The position numbers were made by a program, and so were the translations under genes. Under the pieces are notes generated by a model. The model had not been told where the DNA came from, ran no database searches, and saw only the letters and a list, made by a program, of their open reading frames with translations. This document shows positions 18,633-30,552 of a DNA stretch of 64,000 nucleotides, in pieces. The DNA is from an uncultured Rhodobacterales bacterium (GTDB lineage Bacteria > Pseudomonadota > Alphaproteobacteria > Rhodobacterales > Rhodobacteraceae): assembly GCA_964588725.1 (NCBI GenBank), contig CAZPQL010000001.1:782-64781 (forward strand), in the 5' to 3' direction. Numbering within the stretch: position 1 is the stretch's first letter; each line of letters opens with the position of its first letter.

Positions 18633-20552
18633 TCAGCCCGTTGGTTCGGGCTCCATGCCGGTGTCTTTCCCGGGCTTGGCTTTCTTGGTCTTTGGCACGG
18701 CTGTAACGCTGGCGGGGTTGCCGCCTGCGGGTGAATCGTCGTCATCCGCACCACGATTCAGCGTCTCGCCCGCGATCACCTTGGTGATTTCTGCACCGGT
18801 CAGCGTTTCGTATTCTAACAGACCCTCGGCCAGTGCTTTCAAATCATCGGCGCGTTCGGTCAGGATGCGCTTGGCCGTGTCGTACCCAGTATCCACCAAT
18901 TCGCGGACTTCGGCGTCGATCAGTTTGCGCGCCTCGGGGCCCGCGACGAATTGCGACCCTTGCGGCCCCAGCATTGTCTGTTGCTCGGAGACGTATTCGA
19001 TATTGCCCAGTTTTTCGGACATGCCGAACTGGGTGACCATGGCGCGGGCAATTCGCGTGACCTGCTGGATGTCTGACGAGGCCCCCGAAGTGACGTTTTC
19101 AGGGCCGAAAATCAGCTCCTCGGCCACCTTGCCGCCCATAGCCATGGCGATTTTCGAGGTGTATTTGGTTTTGGTGACGCTCAACTGATCGCGTTCGGGC
19201 AGCGACAGCACCAGCCCCAACGCACGCCCGCGAGGGATGATGGTCGCTTTGTGGATGGGATCGTGCTGCGGCACGTTCAATCCCACTACGGCGTGGCCCG
19301 CTTCGTGGTAGGCCGTCAGTTTTTTCTCGTCTTCGGTCATCACCATTGAGCGTCGCTCGGACCCCATCATCACCTTGTCCTTGGCGCTCTCAAAATCGTC
19401 CATGGTGACAAATCGCTTACCGGTTCGGGCCGCCGTCAACGCCGCCTCGTTGACCAGATTGGCCAGATCAGCGCCGGAAAAACCCGGTGTACCCCGTGCA
19501 ATGATGCGCAGATCAACGTCGGGACCAAGCGGTGTTTTGCGTGCGTGCACGCCCAGAATTTTCTCGCGGCCCTTGATGTCCGGATTGGGCACCTGAATTT
19601 GGCGATCAAAACGACCCGGGCGTAACAGCGCAGGGTCAAGCACGTCGGGCCGGTTGGTCGCGGCCAGCAGGATCACACCTTCGTTGGCTTCAAAGCCATC
19701 CATTTCCACCAACAACTGATTCAGCGTCTGTTCGCGCTCGTCGTTCCCACCGCCATAACCGGCACCGCGGTGGCGTCCCACGGCGTCGATCTCATCGATG
19801 AATACGATACAGGGCGCGTTCTTTTTGGCCTGCTCAAACATGTCGCGCACCCGGCTGGCACCGACGCCCACGAACATTTCAACAAAATCGGACCCGGAAA
19901 TGGTAAAGAACGGCACGCCGGCCTCGCCTGCAATCGCGCGCGCCAGCAGCGTTTTACCTGTGCCCGGAGGGCCGACAAGCAGCGCGCCCTTGGGGATCAA
20001 CCCACCCAAACGGGTAAATTTTTGCGGGTCGCGCAGAAACTCGACAATTTCTTCAAGTTCTTCTTTGGCTTCGTCGATACCGGCCACGTCGTCAAAGGAA
20101 ACTTTACCGGTACGTTCGGTTAAAAGCTTGGCCTTGGATTTGCCAAACCCCATGGCACCGCCTTTTCCGCCCCCCTGCATCCGGTTCATAAAGAAAATCC
20201 AAACCCCGATCAAAAGCAGGAACGGCAACCACACCCCGATCACCGACAGTAATCCGCTTTGCTGTTGAGGTGTCACGTCAACGGCGACATTAGCCTCAAT
20301 CAACTTTTGGGTTATGTCCGCCTCGGTCGGTCTGATGGTGATGTAATCGCTTCCATCGGCACCATGAACAATGATTTTTTCGCCGTCCAAAACGACGTTT
20401 GAAACTTCACCACGCTCGACACGTGCCATGAAAGTCGAAAAGCTTTCGGTGTTTGTGCTGCGCTGGCTTTGTCCGCCGCTGAACATGTTGAACAGCGCGA
20501 CAACCAAAATGAACAAAACGACCCAAAAGGCGATATTGCGTGAATTTCCCAA
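18633..20552 (-). CDS. ftsH: ATP-dependent zinc metalloprotease FtsH
   Basis: 639 aa. Walker A GPPGTGKT and the HEAGH zinc site. Confidence 0.97.
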   Translation of the reverse strand: MGNSRNIAFWVVLFILVVALFNMFSGGQSQRSTNTESFSTFMARVERGEVSNVVLDGEKIIVHGADGSDYITIRPTEADITQKLIEANVAVDVTPQQQSGLLSVIGVWLPFLLLIGVWIFFMNRMQGGGKGGAMGFGKSKAKLLTERTGKVSFDDVAGIDEAKEELEEIVEFLRDPQKFTRLGGLIPKGALLVGPPGTGKTLLARAIAGEAGVPFFTISGSDFVEMFVGVGASRVRDMFEQAKKNAPCIVFIDEIDAVGRHRGAGYGGGNDEREQTLNQLLVEMDGFEANEGVILLAATNRPDVLDPALLRPGRFDRQIQVPNPDIKGREKILGVHARKTPLGPDVDLRIIARGTPGFSGADLANLVNEAALTAARTGKRFVTMDDFESAKDKVMMGSERRSMVMTEDEKKLTAYHEAGHAVVGLNVPQHDPIHKATIIPRGRALGLVLSLPERDQLSVTKTKYTSKIAMAMGGKVAEELIFGPENVTSGASSDIQQVTRIARAMVTQFGMSEKLGNIEYVSEQQTMLGPQGSQFVAGPEARKLIDAEVRELVDTGYDTAKRILTERADDLKALAEGLLEYETLTGAEITKVIAGETLNRGADDDDSPAGGNPASVTAVPKTKKAKPGKDTGMEPEPTG

Positions 20553-20631
20553 AACGTCTGCTCCTAGCGGTATTTCCGGTATAAAAACGTGTGTCTGCTT
20601 TGATCATAACATAAGGATCAATGAAAGGGTT

Positions 20632-21906
20632 TCAATGTGTGACAATTGACGCAAAAAAGTGATCCGCACCCTTGTTCAGCCGAATTTGCCAGCCGTTCGC
20701 CTGCCCGGCAAACGGGGCCGCTACAAGGTCGTTGCCCAACCAGATAGCAGGAGAGGCCAGCAGGCTGGCTTTTGGCAGGCCAATTTCACGCCAGTCGCCG
20801 CAGCGCAACAACCCGGCCTCGCCCAGAGGGGCCACGGCGAATTTCCGCTTATCTTTCGCGTCCGGCGGCACAATTTCCCAACGTTTGTCCCACAATTGCC
20901 CAACATCGCAGCGCAGTTCAGCGACGGCTCGGAGTTCGCGCGAGATTCGGACACGCCCGTTATGATCAGCACCGATCAGACAACCGGCCAGCGTCGTCGG
21001 TTTTGCAAAACCTGCGGACAACAATGATTCAAGCGACGCCAATCTTGGCCTGTAGTCACCCGAAGCCACCCATTTCAGCACATGCGCCATCAGCCGCAGC
21101 ATGATTTCTTTGTCCAAACGCTTTAATGTCTTGTGCGCCATCAAAACATCGCCCGATTCACCGACACTGCAGATACGTTTGGCTTGGGTCTGCGTTAGCC
21201 TTTCCAGCGCGTCACGGGCTCTTTTCTGCGCTTGCGCCGTTTTTGACAGCCCCGCAGCATCAAGCCCCAGATCAGCCAGAGAAACCAATGCAGCGCGCGC
21301 TTTGACGCGGTCGAATTGCAGGTCATTGTTGCTGGGGTCTTCGATCCAGTCGAAATTTTTTTCTGACAGCATGGCCCGCAAATCGGCACGCCTTAATTGC
21401 AAAAGCGGTCTGATCACGTTTATTGCACCGTATCGCCGTCGCGCCGCCATGCCTGACAGACCGTCAACACCCGAGCCCCGCGCCAGACGCATCAAAACGG
21501 TTTCGGCCTGATCGTCCATCGTGTGCCCCAAGGCGACGGTTTGGATATTCAACCCACGCGCCCATTTGGCAATAAGATCCAACCGTGCCCGCCGCGCAGC
21601 CTGCTGCAAATTCCCACGCCCGTCCCAATCATCCCACCGTAAAACTTCGTGTGCGATCCCCAGTTGTCGGCAGGTTTCTCCGGCGAATGCCGCCTCGTCG
21701 CGCGCGGCTGCGCGTAACCCGTGGTCCACCGTGACAGCGCAAAGGCCGATTTTGCGATTATGCGCCCACTCTGCCATCAAAACGGCCAAAGCTGTGGAAT
21801 CACCGCCACCCGACACGGAAATACCAACTTTATCGGGCAAAATTCCGGCCAGGCAATCGTCAATTAATTGCGCAAATCGCGCGCCTGAAACCGTTGCTAA
21901 TTGCAA
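20632..21906 (-). CDS. tilS: tRNA(Ile)-lysidine synthetase
   Basis: 424 aa. PP-loop SVSGGGDS. Confidence 0.9.
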   Translation of the reverse strand: MQLATVSGARFAQLIDDCLAGILPDKVGISVSGGGDSTALAVLMAEWAHNRKIGLCAVTVDHGLRAAARDEAAFAGETCRQLGIAHEVLRWDDWDGRGNLQQAARRARLDLIAKWARGLNIQTVALGHTMDDQAETVLMRLARGSGVDGLSGMAARRRYGAINVIRPLLQLRRADLRAMLSEKNFDWIEDPSNNDLQFDRVKARAALVSLADLGLDAAGLSKTAQAQKRARDALERLTQTQAKRICSVGESGDVLMAHKTLKRLDKEIMLRLMAHVLKWVASGDYRPRLASLESLLSAGFAKPTTLAGCLIGADHNGRVRISRELRAVAELRCDVGQLWDKRWEIVPPDAKDKRKFAVAPLGEAGLLRCGDWREIGLPKASLLASPAIWLGNDLVAAPFAGQANGWQIRLNKGADHFFASIVTH

Positions 21907-22733
21907 GCCAGCGTTCGCATTTCTGCCTGTACATCCGCCAGGATACTGTCGCCCGGATAGCGCAGGTTTACCTCGTTCAACGTCAAACAGGCGTCTTCAC
22001 GTTGGCCTATGCGATCCAGACTGACGCCGAGACGAAACAGCGCACTGGGTGCCAACGCAGTGTCGGGATTGGCGCTGAAACTTTCAAGATAGGCGCGCGC
22101 CGCGTTGTGCCAGTCATCCAATGCCGCAAGGCTTTCACCACGCCAATAGCTCGCGTCGCTTGTCAGGGGTCCGCCGGGGTAATTGACATTGAACGCCGTG
22201 AACTGATCAACGGCCTTGCTGAAATCGCCGCTTTCGAACGCCGCCATGGCGCGTTCAAAATCGTCTTGCTCGTTGATGGCCAATTCGGTGCCGATTTCGC
22301 CATTATCCTGCGTTGGCAATGTCGTAGGCGGCGTCGTTTCGCCGCCCAGCGTCGAGGTCTCGCCCAGTTGTGAAACATCGCCGCCTTCAAGCTCGACCAG
22401 GCGGAATTCCAGATCGCCGACACGGTTGGTGCCGTCGCGCACAATTTTTTCAACGCGAAACTGCAGCGCCTCCATTTGACCGGTAACGTGACGCAGTTCA
22501 TTTTCCAGCGAATCCAACCGACTGAGCATCGACATAGCCCCATTTTCCGTTGTCGCAGTACCGCCCGAGGGCGACAGTTCCGCGCGAAGGTTTTGTATGT
22601 CGGCGTTCAGAATTTCCAGATCGCGGCGGATATCGGCCAAGGTTTCGGTGCGCGACTGCGCGTTAGCCACTGGCGCGATCACAACGATAGCTGCGCAAAT
22701 CGCAGCTGCAAACAATTTGGCAAACCTGACCAT
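21897..22733 (-). CDS. cpoB: Tol-Pal cell-division coordinator CpoB/YbgF
   Basis: 278 aa. Signal peptide, coiled-coil N domain and a TPR C domain. TAATG overlap with pal. Confidence 0.85.
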   Translation of the reverse strand: MVRFAKLFAAAICAAIVVIAPVANAQSRTETLADIRRDLEILNADIQNLRAELSPSGGTATTENGAMSMLSRLDSLENELRHVTGQMEALQFRVEKIVRDGTNRVGDLEFRLVELEGGDVSQLGETSTLGGETTPPTTLPTQDNGEIGTELAINEQDDFERAMAAFESGDFSKAVDQFTAFNVNYPGGPLTSDASYWRGESLAALDDWHNAARAYLESFSANPDTALAPSALFRLGVSLDRIGQREDACLTLNEVNLRYPGDSILADVQAEMRTLACN

Positions 22734-23230
22734 TAACTGGTGCCACCACCGTTAAGCGCCGTCACCGCACGACGGTTTTTTGACCAACAACTTTCGGTCG
22801 AACATATTTCCAGTGGCCGCTCTTTGCCGTAAGTGACAATTGTCAAACGATTATCTGCCACGCCCCGGCTGACCAAATAGGCCTGAACCGCCGACGCGCG
22901 TCGCGCACCCAGTGCCAGATTATAGGCGCGCGTGCCCTGCTCGTCGGCGTGCCCCTCGATGACGGCAGTGAATCCACCGTTCTGGCCCATCCAACCGGCT
23001 TGCGCGTCCAGTATCGACATCGCCTCAATGCTAAGCGTGCTTTGGTCGACCGCAAATAAAACCGTGTCGCCCACCGAGGCGGCAAAAAACTCTTTTGAAT
23101 CCTGCGGAAAATTTGCACCGTCTGTTGCACCTAAACCGCTGTCGGGTACGGCGTCACAGGCCGCCAAAACCCCCAGACCAAGTACCAGAATTCCGGTTTT
23201 GAAAATTTTCTTCATCTTTTTTACTCTCAC
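22733..23230 (-). CDS. pal: peptidoglycan-associated lipoprotein Pal
   Basis: Lipobox LAAC. OmpA_C motif IEGHADEQGTRAYNLALGARRA. The start could be GTG 23230 or ATG 23215. Confidence 0.9.
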   Translation of the reverse strand: MRVKKMKKIFKTGILVLGLGVLAACDAVPDSGLGATDGANFPQDSKEFFAASVGDTVLFAVDQSTLSIEAMSILDAQAGWMGQNGGFTAVIEGHADEQGTRAYNLALGARRASAVQAYLVSRGVADNRLTIVTYGKERPLEICSTESCWSKNRRAVTALNGGGTS

Positions 23231-23291
23231 TATGCACTGCTGCGCACATTATTTAGCACAGCACGTCGACCTTTGGAATCGTTCTCTTGGC

Positions 23292-24614
23292 TCACTTCAA
23301 CAGACCCGACCACGCGGGGTCAGAGCCAAAACCGGGGGTCGGCACCTGTTTCAGGTTGCGCCCCGAAATATCGACCGAAAACAGCGACGGCGCCCCGCTT
23401 GAACCACGCGTTTGCCTGAAAAACATGATGACCCGCCCGTTGGGGGCCCACGTCGGGGCTTCGTCCAGAAACGACGCGGTCAACAGCCGCTCCTCAGAGC
23501 CGTCGACACGCATCACGCCGATATGAAACCGCCCCCGGTTAATTTTTGTGAACGCGATCAAGTCACCGCGCGGCGACCACACGGGGGTGCCGTATCTGCC
23601 TTTGCCAAAGCTGATACGCCGTGCCTCACCGCCGTTTGCCGGCATGATATATAGCTGCTGCGATCCGCCCCGGTCGCTTTCAAAAACGATATTGCGACCG
23701 TCGGGTGCGTAACTCGGCGCGGTCTCAATCGACGGGTTTGAGGTCAGCCGCCTGCGTTGACCGGACCCAACCGTAACGCTGTAAATATCGGTATTGCCGC
23801 CTTCGGACAGCGACATCGCCACGGTTTTCCCGTCCGGCGAAAATCGCGGTGCAAAGGTCATGCCGGGCAGGTTATCAAGCGCTGATCTGCGCCTGTTACC
23901 TAGATTCAGCACAAACACGCGCGGCAGACCGGTTTCATAAGACGTATAAAGAATTTTTGTTCCGTCGGGCGAAAAACGTGGGGCCAGAACGATACTGTCG
24001 TCCGAGGTCAGATTCTGCACGTTGGCACCGTCGTAATCCATAATAGCCAGACGCTTGCGCCGGGCGTCTTTTGGACCGGTTTCAGACACAAACGCCACGC
24101 GTGTGTCAAAATATCCGCTTTCACCGGTCAGACGCGTATAGACCACGTCGGCGACTTTGTGGGCCATGCGGCGCAGCCCTTTGGTTGTGCCAACGAATTG
24201 CAGACCCTCGCCCAATGGTTCTTGCGCAAATACATCGAACAAGCGGAACCTGACCACCAATTTGCCGGCACCCCGTTTCGAAACAAATCCGGTGATCAGC
24301 GCCTGCGCGTTGATCGCCTTCCAGTCGGAAAACTGCACCGGACTGTCAAAGTTGGTAATCTGTGAAATATGGGCATCACGCGGTATTTCCCGAAACAACC
24401 CCGTGCCGGTCAAATCATCAATGACAATCTGTGCCAAATCCTGCGCAACGCTGAGTGCGCCTGTGGTTTCCGCTACAAAATCCGCAACCGCAAACGGCAG
24501 CGGTTCGATCACCCCTTCGGTGATTTCGATTCGCAAAGGGCCGTTAGTCTGCGCCTGCAAAGGCGCAGCCACACAGACGAACAGAACCAGAAACGCGCTG
24601 AACAATGGTCTCAT
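23292..24614 (-). CDS. tolB: Tol-Pal beta-propeller protein TolB
   Basis: Start chosen at ATG 24614 ([13 protein letters not shown]... signal peptide), which makes an ATGA overlap with the tolA stop. Repeated PxFSPDG propeller motifs. Confidence 0.92.
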   Translation of the reverse strand: MRPLFSAFLVLFVCVAAPLQAQTNGPLRIEITEGVIEPLPFAVADFVAETTGALSVAQDLAQIVIDDLTGTGLFREIPRDAHISQITNFDSPVQFSDWKAINAQALITGFVSKRGAGKLVVRFRLFDVFAQEPLGEGLQFVGTTKGLRRMAHKVADVVYTRLTGESGYFDTRVAFVSETGPKDARRKRLAIMDYDGANVQNLTSDDSIVLAPRFSPDGTKILYTSYETGLPRVFVLNLGNRRRSALDNLPGMTFAPRFSPDGKTVAMSLSEGGNTDIYSVTVGSGQRRRLTSNPSIETAPSYAPDGRNIVFESDRGGSQQLYIMPANGGEARRISFGKGRYGTPVWSPRGDLIAFTKINRGRFHIGVMRVDGSEERLLTASFLDEAPTWAPNGRVIMFFRQTRGSSGAPSLFSVDISGRNLKQVPTPGFGSDPAWSGLLK

Positions 24615-25756
24615 CTGTTCCTCATATTTTCGGGGTTGAAGGTAATTTCGACAACCCGCCAATGGTCGTATTTCTCTTGTGGCAGATCAAAGCCTTTTGC
24701 GCCACACCGCAAAACCGCGCGCCGCGCCGCGTCATAAGCCGAGCGCACCGCATCGGCGCTGCCCTGTGTGGCGGAAATCTGCCGCAGCGTGCCACCGCGC
24801 GGCTTGCCGTCCTCGCTCAACTCCACTGCAATAACGACAGTTATACGCGCCGCTTCGGACGACGGATTGACGTTCCAGCATTTTTGCACCGACAGGCGCA
24901 GCCCGTCTTTTTCACGTGCGGTCAAAGGTGGCCCCAAAGGAACAGCGCGTGTAGACGTGGACGTCGCAGCTGCCTCGGACTGTGCTTGTGCCAATGCCTT
25001 TTCGATAGCGCTGGAACTGCTGTTGCGCTCAGCCAACTTCGCCGGGCGCCCGCGCGGACGTGATGACCGGACCGGTGCCGCGTCGCTGTCGTTTTCATTG
25101 GCCTCGGTGACGATCTCGCTGGTTGCTTGTTCGGGCGCTTGTTCGTCCGCCTGTTCAACGGGGGTCTCGGTCGTATCGTCGGGTCGTGCCGCATTCTGTA
25201 CGTCATCGGCAATGTCTGCGTCGGGTAATGGTTCGGGTGCGCTTTGGGTGTCCACACGCGGTGCTTTCCGCAGTCCTGTATCCAAAATCGCCAGCTGATC
25301 GGGCTGGCTCTGACCGGGTTTTTCCGCTGTGTCCAAAACTGCATCCGGCAATGCAAGCTCAATGCCGGCGTTCTCGGTGGTCGGCGATTCGCTCAGGTCG
25401 GGGGATTCGACCTGAACTTCAGAGGCCGGCAATTCACTGATCGACGAGACGTCTGGTTGTCTGTCAGCATTTTCAGGGCTCTCGGGACCCGTCGCCTTTG
25501 GGATTTCCGGCGCACTGTCGGCCAGCGGTGCACGCGGCGTGGCGTGGTCCTCGGCAGGTTGCGCAGGGGACTGAAAGTCCGTGGCAATGTCCGGAGCATT
25601 GGACATAAGTGCCGCGAATTGGGATTCGGTCAGAATACTGACGTCAGGGATCACTATTTCCGGCGCAGATTGCGTGTTGAAAAACGACCCCGAAATCATG
25701 GCCCAGCCCAGAACCGCCGTGTGAGCGATACCCGATATGTAGGTGCCCGTCTGCAC
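24611..25756 (-). CDS. tolA: TolA
   Basis: 381 aa. N-terminal TM anchor, a long Pro/Asp/Glu/Ser-rich linker, and a C-terminal TolA/TonB-like domain. Position between tolR and tolB. GTG start. Confidence 0.75.
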   Translation of the reverse strand: MQTGTYISGIAHTAVLGWAMISGSFFNTQSAPEIVIPDVSILTESQFAALMSNAPDIATDFQSPAQPAEDHATPRAPLADSAPEIPKATGPESPENADRQPDVSSISELPASEVQVESPDLSESPTTENAGIELALPDAVLDTAEKPGQSQPDQLAILDTGLRKAPRVDTQSAPEPLPDADIADDVQNAARPDDTTETPVEQADEQAPEQATSEIVTEANENDSDAAPVRSSRPRGRPAKLAERNSSSSAIEKALAQAQSEAAATSTSTRAVPLGPPLTAREKDGLRLSVQKCWNVNPSSEAARITVVIAVELSEDGKPRGGTLRQISATQGSADAVRSAYDAARRAVLRCGAKGFDLPQEKYDHWRVVEITFNPENMRNR

Positions 25757-25763
25757 GACACGC

Positions 25764-26234
25764 TTACTCGGCCACGTCGTTCAACGCCGGACCGCCGGCG
25801 TCGGTGACCAGCGCCACATTATGAAAACCGCCCGCGTTCAAAGCCCCCATCACCTGCATAACCTGACCGTAGGGCAGCGCGCTGTCGGCGCGTAGGAAAA
25901 TCTTGTCGCTGCTACGCTGGGCGGCAATCGCCCGCAGCTTGGGGATCAGTGCGCCACGCTTGATTTCAGTCGCTTGCAAAAGCAGGCGTCCATCCAACGA
26001 CAGTGCCAGAGTCAGCGGCTCTTCGTCTTCGCCTGGAAGGGGCAGCGCCGCTGTTTTGGGTAGTTCCAGAGGCACGCCAACCGTTAGCAATGGCGCGGCC
26101 ACCATAAATATAATCAACAGAACAAGCATCACATCGACAAACGGCGTCACATTGATTTCGGCCATTGGTCTGTGGCGCGCACGCTTTGTGCGGCGCTTGA
26201 TTTTTTGCTCTGCGCTGACCGTGGCTGCACCCAT
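25764..26234 (-). CDS. tolR: TolR (ExbD/TolR family)
   Basis: 156 aa. INVTPFVDVMLVLLIIFMV. Confidence 0.9.
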   Translation of the reverse strand: MGAATVSAEQKIKRRTKRARHRPMAEINVTPFVDVMLVLLIIFMVAAPLLTVGVPLELPKTAALPLPGEDEEPLTLALSLDGRLLLQATEIKRGALIPKLRAIAAQRSSDKIFLRADSALPYGQVMQVMGALNAGGFHNVALVTDAGGPALNDVAE

Positions 26235-26237
26235 CGA

Positions 26238-26933
26238 TTACCCGTCCAGTTGCCGCGACATGATCGTCGCAAATTCATCGGCAAAACTGTCAAGATTACC
26301 TGAAATCCGGTCCGCGTCGGTTGACAGTTTATTATAGAAAATAACTGCTGGTATCGCCGCCGCAAGCCCCATCGCCGTAGCGACCAAAGCTTCGGCGATA
26401 CCCGGCGCGACCACCGCAAGATTGGTATTCTGCTGGGCTGCAATATCCTGAAAGGCGTTCTTGATGCCCCAGACCGTTCCAAACAAACCGACAAATGGCG
26501 CTGTAGAGCCAACCGTCGCCAAAAACGTCAACCCCTGATTAAGCCGCTCGGTTTGCCGGGCAATTGCCACATCCATCGAACGGTCGATGCGCGCCTGTGC
26601 ACCGGCGATCAACGCGCCGTCAGAGCGGTGCGAGCGCTGCCATTCGGTCATCCCGGCACAAAATATTTTTTCCGATGCACCGCGCGGTGCATCGCCTATC
26701 CGTTCATACAGCTCGTCAAGCGGCTGACCCGACCAGAACGCCGTGTCGAACCGCGCGGCAGCCTTTCGTGCTGCACGAAAATTGATGAATTTCTGAATGA
26801 TGATCGCCCACGACCAAAAAGATGACGCGATCAGCGACACCAGTACCAGTTTGACCAGAAAACTCGCCCTGAAAAATAACGCGATCAACGAAAAATCGAC
26901 TTCGGAAACCACCGCCAGCGCATCCGTTTCCAT
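26238..26933 (-). CDS. tolQ: TolQ (MotA/TolQ/ExbB channel)
   Basis: 231 aa. Three TM segments. LATVGSTAPFVGLFGTVWGI. Confidence 0.92.
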   Translation of the reverse strand: METDALAVVSEVDFSLIALFFRASFLVKLVLVSLIASSFWSWAIIIQKFINFRAARKAAARFDTAFWSGQPLDELYERIGDAPRGASEKIFCAGMTEWQRSHRSDGALIAGAQARIDRSMDVAIARQTERLNQGLTFLATVGSTAPFVGLFGTVWGIKNAFQDIAAQQNTNLAVVAPGIAEALVATAMGLAAAIPAVIFYNKLSTDADRISGNLDSFADEFATIMSRQLDG

Positions 26934-27072
26934 GTTCTTGCCCCTTAATGACCTGCCGATGACGCCGCTCTTGCTGGGTGGCTATCGAATATTCCTAACA
27001 GTATAAGGGGAATGCAGATTGATTTCCACGCCTGTTGCAGGCGATTTACGGCCAATATCCGCCGAATATCGC

Positions 27073-27462
27073 CTAACCTGTGAAAGCCGGGCGAATATCG
27101 GCGGGAATGCGCGTTGGTCGACCGTCGAGCGTCATGCAAACCACTGTAACCAAAGCCGTGAAAATCAACTGGTCACCGCGGTAGATTTCCTGCTTCGCGA
27201 CAACCCGCACACCTGTGGGTGCCAACCAGACTGTGCGCACTTCGAGTTCATCGCCATAGGTGGCGGCGATCATGTAGTCGGCTTCAACGCGGCGCACCAC
27301 GAATACCACGCCGTGCGCTTTCATATCGGCCTGATCAACACCGCGCTGCCGTACGAATTCGGACCGGGCGCGTTCGATGTATTTCAGATAATTGGCATAA
27401 TAAACAATACCGGCGAAATCGGTGTCCTCGTAATAAACGCGCAACCTGTATCTATGCGGCAT
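27073..27462 (-). CDS. ybgC: Tol-Pal-associated acyl-CoA thioesterase (4HBT family)
   Basis: 129 aa. RVYYEDTDFAGIVYYANYLKY. Confidence 0.85.
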   Translation of the reverse strand: MPHRYRLRVYYEDTDFAGIVYYANYLKYIERARSEFVRQRGVDQADMKAHGVVFVVRRVEADYMIAATYGDELEVRTVWLAPTGVRVVAKQEIYRGDQLIFTALVTVVCMTLDGRPTRIPADIRPAFTG

Positions 27463-28123
27463 TGATCTCTGCCAGATCGCGCAGCAATTTTTCGGCCCGC
27501 GCGGCCACCCTAAGCGCGTGGGCGTTATCGGTAGCCGATGGCGGCATCACCGGGTCGTAAGCGGCGTGAATGACCGCGGCGTAAGACGGTTTTACCACGC
27601 ACACGCCGGATTTTGACAAAACGGCAATCGGGCTGTCGTCTTCGAATGCTTCGTCGCCCCATACGAGCATGCATTGTACCATCTGGCCCACACCAAGGGT
27701 TTGAATCGGTGTGCGCGACATGACCTCATCGTAACGTAAAAGTACGATGCACGAGCGGATCGCGCCGTTGTCGTCAAACGAAAAATTGCGGTACTGATTG
27801 GCTTTTGAACGTTTAAGCGAACCTTTGAGTATGTCCAGATCAGGGATCATCTGATCCAGATTGGGCACCATATCAAGCTCGTCCCATTCCTGACAAATAA
27901 AAATCATCAGATTCGAACCAAGCTCGGGGTCGGTGTCAATAAATTCCATACCTGCTATGGCAATTGTGGCCGCCATGGCGTCTTTGAGATGATCAAGAGT
28001 TTCGTCGTCAGTGCCAAAAATGACAGGCGCAATGGGGCGACCCCAGCGGGAAAAACGGTAGGCCCCATCCGTGGTGGTAAACAACGCGTCGACGCGCGCC
28101 GCGCTTAGTGGTTTATCGGTCAT
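27452..28123 (-). CDS. hypothetical protein (no family recognised)
   Basis: 223-aa ORF with protein-like composition, wedged tightly between ruvB (its stop is 4 nt upstream) and ybgC (11-nt overlap). Confidence 0.7.
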   Translation of the reverse strand: MTDKPLSAARVDALFTTTDGAYRFSRWGRPIAPVIFGTDDETLDHLKDAMAATIAIAGMEFIDTDPELGSNLMIFICQEWDELDMVPNLDQMIPDLDILKGSLKRSKANQYRNFSFDDNGAIRSCIVLLRYDEVMSRTPIQTLGVGQMVQCMLVWGDEAFEDDSPIAVLSKSGVCVVKPSYAAVIHAAYDPVMPPSATDNAHALRVAARAEKLLRDLAEINAA

Positions 28124-28126
28124 GTT

Positions 28127-29158
28127 TTAGTCGTCCTCAAACAGTTTGGTCTGTTGCACCACTTTGGGCGAGTCCAGACCCAGATGGTGCCACGCGCGGT
28201 CCGACAGCATCCGCCCGCGAGGCGTGCGCTGGATCAGTCCCTGTTGCAGCAAATAGGGTTCAACCACGTCTTCTACAGCATCGCGCGATTCTGACAATGC
28301 GGCAGATATGGTCTCGATACCCACCGGACCGCCACCGTGGTGATCGGCCAGATGGCGCAGATAACGCCGGTCGGCTGAATCAAGCCCCAGCGCGTCAACG
28401 CCAAGACGCGTGAGCGCCCCGTCGGCCACCGCTTTGCTGATGTGGCCATCGCCTTCAACGATTGCGAAATCGACCACGCGCCGCAACAACCGCCCCGCCA
28501 CGCGTGGGGTGCCGCGCGCGCGTTTGGCAATCTCGCGCGCCCCGTCCTCGTCCGTGTCTGCCCCCATCAAAGACGCGCCGCGCCGCACGATTTTCAAAAG
28601 TTCAGCCTCGGTATAAAACTCGAGCCGCATCGGGATGCCGAACCGGTCGCGCAACGGCGTGGTCAGCAGGCCCAGCCGCGTGGTCGCGCCGATCAGCGTG
28701 AAGGGCTGCAAGTCAATACGCACCGTGCGCGCCGCCGGTCCTTCGCCAATCACCAGATCAAGCTCAAAATCTTCGAGCGCCGGATACAGCACCTCCTCAA
28801 CCACGGGGTTAAGACGGTGGATTTCGTCGATAAACAGCACGTCGCGGGCATCCAGATTGGTCAGGATTGCCGCCAGATCACCGGCGCGCGCCAGAACCGG
28901 ACCTGACGTCATGCGAAAATTGACACCCAATTCGCGCGCCACGATCTGTGCCAACGTGGTTTTGCCCAGCCCGGGTGGCCCGTAAAACAGCGTGTGGTCC
29001 ATGGCCTGTTCGCGCTTGCGGGCACTTTCGATAAACACCTTCAGATTGGCGCGTGCGTCTTTCTGGCCGGTAAAATCATCCAGCGTTTTTGGGCGCAAAG
29101 CCCGGTCGATATCCTCGGGCTTGGGTTCTGCGCGCAACATCGGATCGGGCGTGGTCAT
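28127..29158 (-). CDS. ruvB: Holliday junction helicase RuvB
   Basis: 343 aa. GPPGLGKTT and LFIDEIHRL. Confidence 0.97.
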   Translation of the reverse strand: MTTPDPMLRAEPKPEDIDRALRPKTLDDFTGQKDARANLKVFIESARKREQAMDHTLFYGPPGLGKTTLAQIVARELGVNFRMTSGPVLARAGDLAAILTNLDARDVLFIDEIHRLNPVVEEVLYPALEDFELDLVIGEGPAARTVRIDLQPFTLIGATTRLGLLTTPLRDRFGIPMRLEFYTEAELLKIVRRGASLMGADTDEDGAREIAKRARGTPRVAGRLLRRVVDFAIVEGDGHISKAVADGALTRLGVDALGLDSADRRYLRHLADHHGGGPVGIETISAALSESRDAVEDVVEPYLLQQGLIQRTPRGRMLSDRAWHHLGLDSPKVVQQTKLFEDD

Positions 29159-29162
29159 GCGC

Positions 29163-29840
29163 TCACCCCTTCGGTGCCAACAGGCGCAGCGACCGCCGGA
29201 TCATGTCTTGGGTGTCCGCTTGTGGTCCGTCGCCCATCGCTTGCGCGATTGCGCCTGCGGCTTCGCCCTGCCCGTAACCCAGATTAACCAGCGCCGACAG
29301 CGCGTCGGCACGCGCACCTGCTGCACTTCCGAACGTGTCGGTGTTGGATGGCACCGGCGCGGGCACTGCATCCGTGGCGTCGATTACCGTGTCGTCAACC
29401 TGTGCAACCGCATCGCCCCGGTCACCCATGGCCATGATCGCGGGTGCTTTATCTTTTAGTTCAATCGTGATCCGCTGCGCCAGTTTCGGGCCAATCCCAG
29501 GTGCAGCGCGGATTGCCGAAACGTCCCCCAGCGAAATCGCCCGCGCCACGCCGTCGGTGCCCAATGTGCCCGCTATCGCCAGTGCCGCCTTGGCGCCCAC
29601 GCCCTGCACGGTGATCAGCAAACGGTGCCATTCGCGCTCGGCCAACGTCGGGAACCCAAAAAGCTGCAGGTTGTCCTCGCGTACCAACAGCTCGGTATAA
29701 AGCGCCACAACGCCCCCCCGGGCGGGCATCATCGCCAGCGTCGGTGCGGCGCAAAAAACCAGATACCCGACGCCCTGCACATCGATCAGCGCGTGGTCGT
29801 CGGTCTTGTAATCCAGCCGTCCGGTAATTTTGCCAATCAT
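29163..29840 (-). CDS. ruvA: Holliday junction DNA-binding protein RuvA
   Basis: 225 aa. MIGKITGRL... and HhH motifs ([21 protein letters not shown]). Confidence 0.93.
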   Translation of the reverse strand: MIGKITGRLDYKTDDHALIDVQGVGYLVFCAAPTLAMMPARGGVVALYTELLVREDNLQLFGFPTLAEREWHRLLITVQGVGAKAALAIAGTLGTDGVARAISLGDVSAIRAAPGIGPKLAQRITIELKDKAPAIMAMGDRGDAVAQVDDTVIDATDAVPAPVPSNTDTFGSAAGARADALSALVNLGYGQGEAAGAIAQAMGDGPQADTQDMIRRSLRLLAPKG

Positions 29841-30352
29841 GCGCGCGCCCTTTCCGCCCTGATGACTGCTGCGTCAAGACGACCGGCAAAACGTGCGTTG
29901 TGGGCGTGGCAAATCGCTATGGCCAGCGCGTCAAAGGCGTCTTCGCCGTGAATCTTTACACCGGGAAACTGGCTTTGCACCATATGCGCCACCTGTTGTT
30001 TCTGCGCGTGCCCCACACCGACCACTGTTTTCTTGACTGCGTTGGGGGCGTACTCTGACACGTTCAGCCCAAATTGCGCAGGCACCAGCAACGCAATGGC
30101 GCGGGCCTGCGCCAGTTTGAGCGATGATGCACCGCTGGCATTCACAAAGGTTTGTTCAACCCCCGCCGTTTCGGGCACAAACCGCGCCAATATATCACTA
30201 AGTAAGCCATGCAAGTCGGCCAACCGCGACGGCAGGTTCTTGCCGCCGGCTTTCAAAACTCCGTTGGCAACATGGGTAACTTTGGTCCCCGACACCTCGA
30301 TCACGCCCCAACCGGTTTTCACCAGCCCCGGGTCGATACCTATGACACGCAT
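29837..30352 (-). CDS. ruvC: Holliday junction resolvase RuvC
   Basis: [10 protein letters not shown]... The ORF extends to 30379, but the conserved N-terminus begins at ATG 30352. 4-nt overlap with ruvA. Confidence 0.9.
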   Translation of the reverse strand: MRVIGIDPGLVKTGWGVIEVSGTKVTHVANGVLKAGGKNLPSRLADLHGLLSDILARFVPETAGVEQTFVNASGASSLKLAQARAIALLVPAQFGLNVSEYAPNAVKKTVVGVGHAQKQQVAHMVQSQFPGVKIHGEDAFDALAIAICHAHNARFAGRLDAAVIRAERARA

Positions 30353-30552
30353 TCCGCCCATGCCCCTGTAAGCCATCATTTTTTATCGTTGTGCCCAGCT
30401 CTAGCACGAAAGGGGAACATTGGCCAGCGCTCTATGCAGAAACTGCATTTCGGGCATGCAAAAATGATAATTGTACCGGCGATTTTTCAGACCTAGGTGG
30501 GCTTTGTTACCGGCATTTCGTCGGCCACATTAAAACACATGGGAAACGCATC

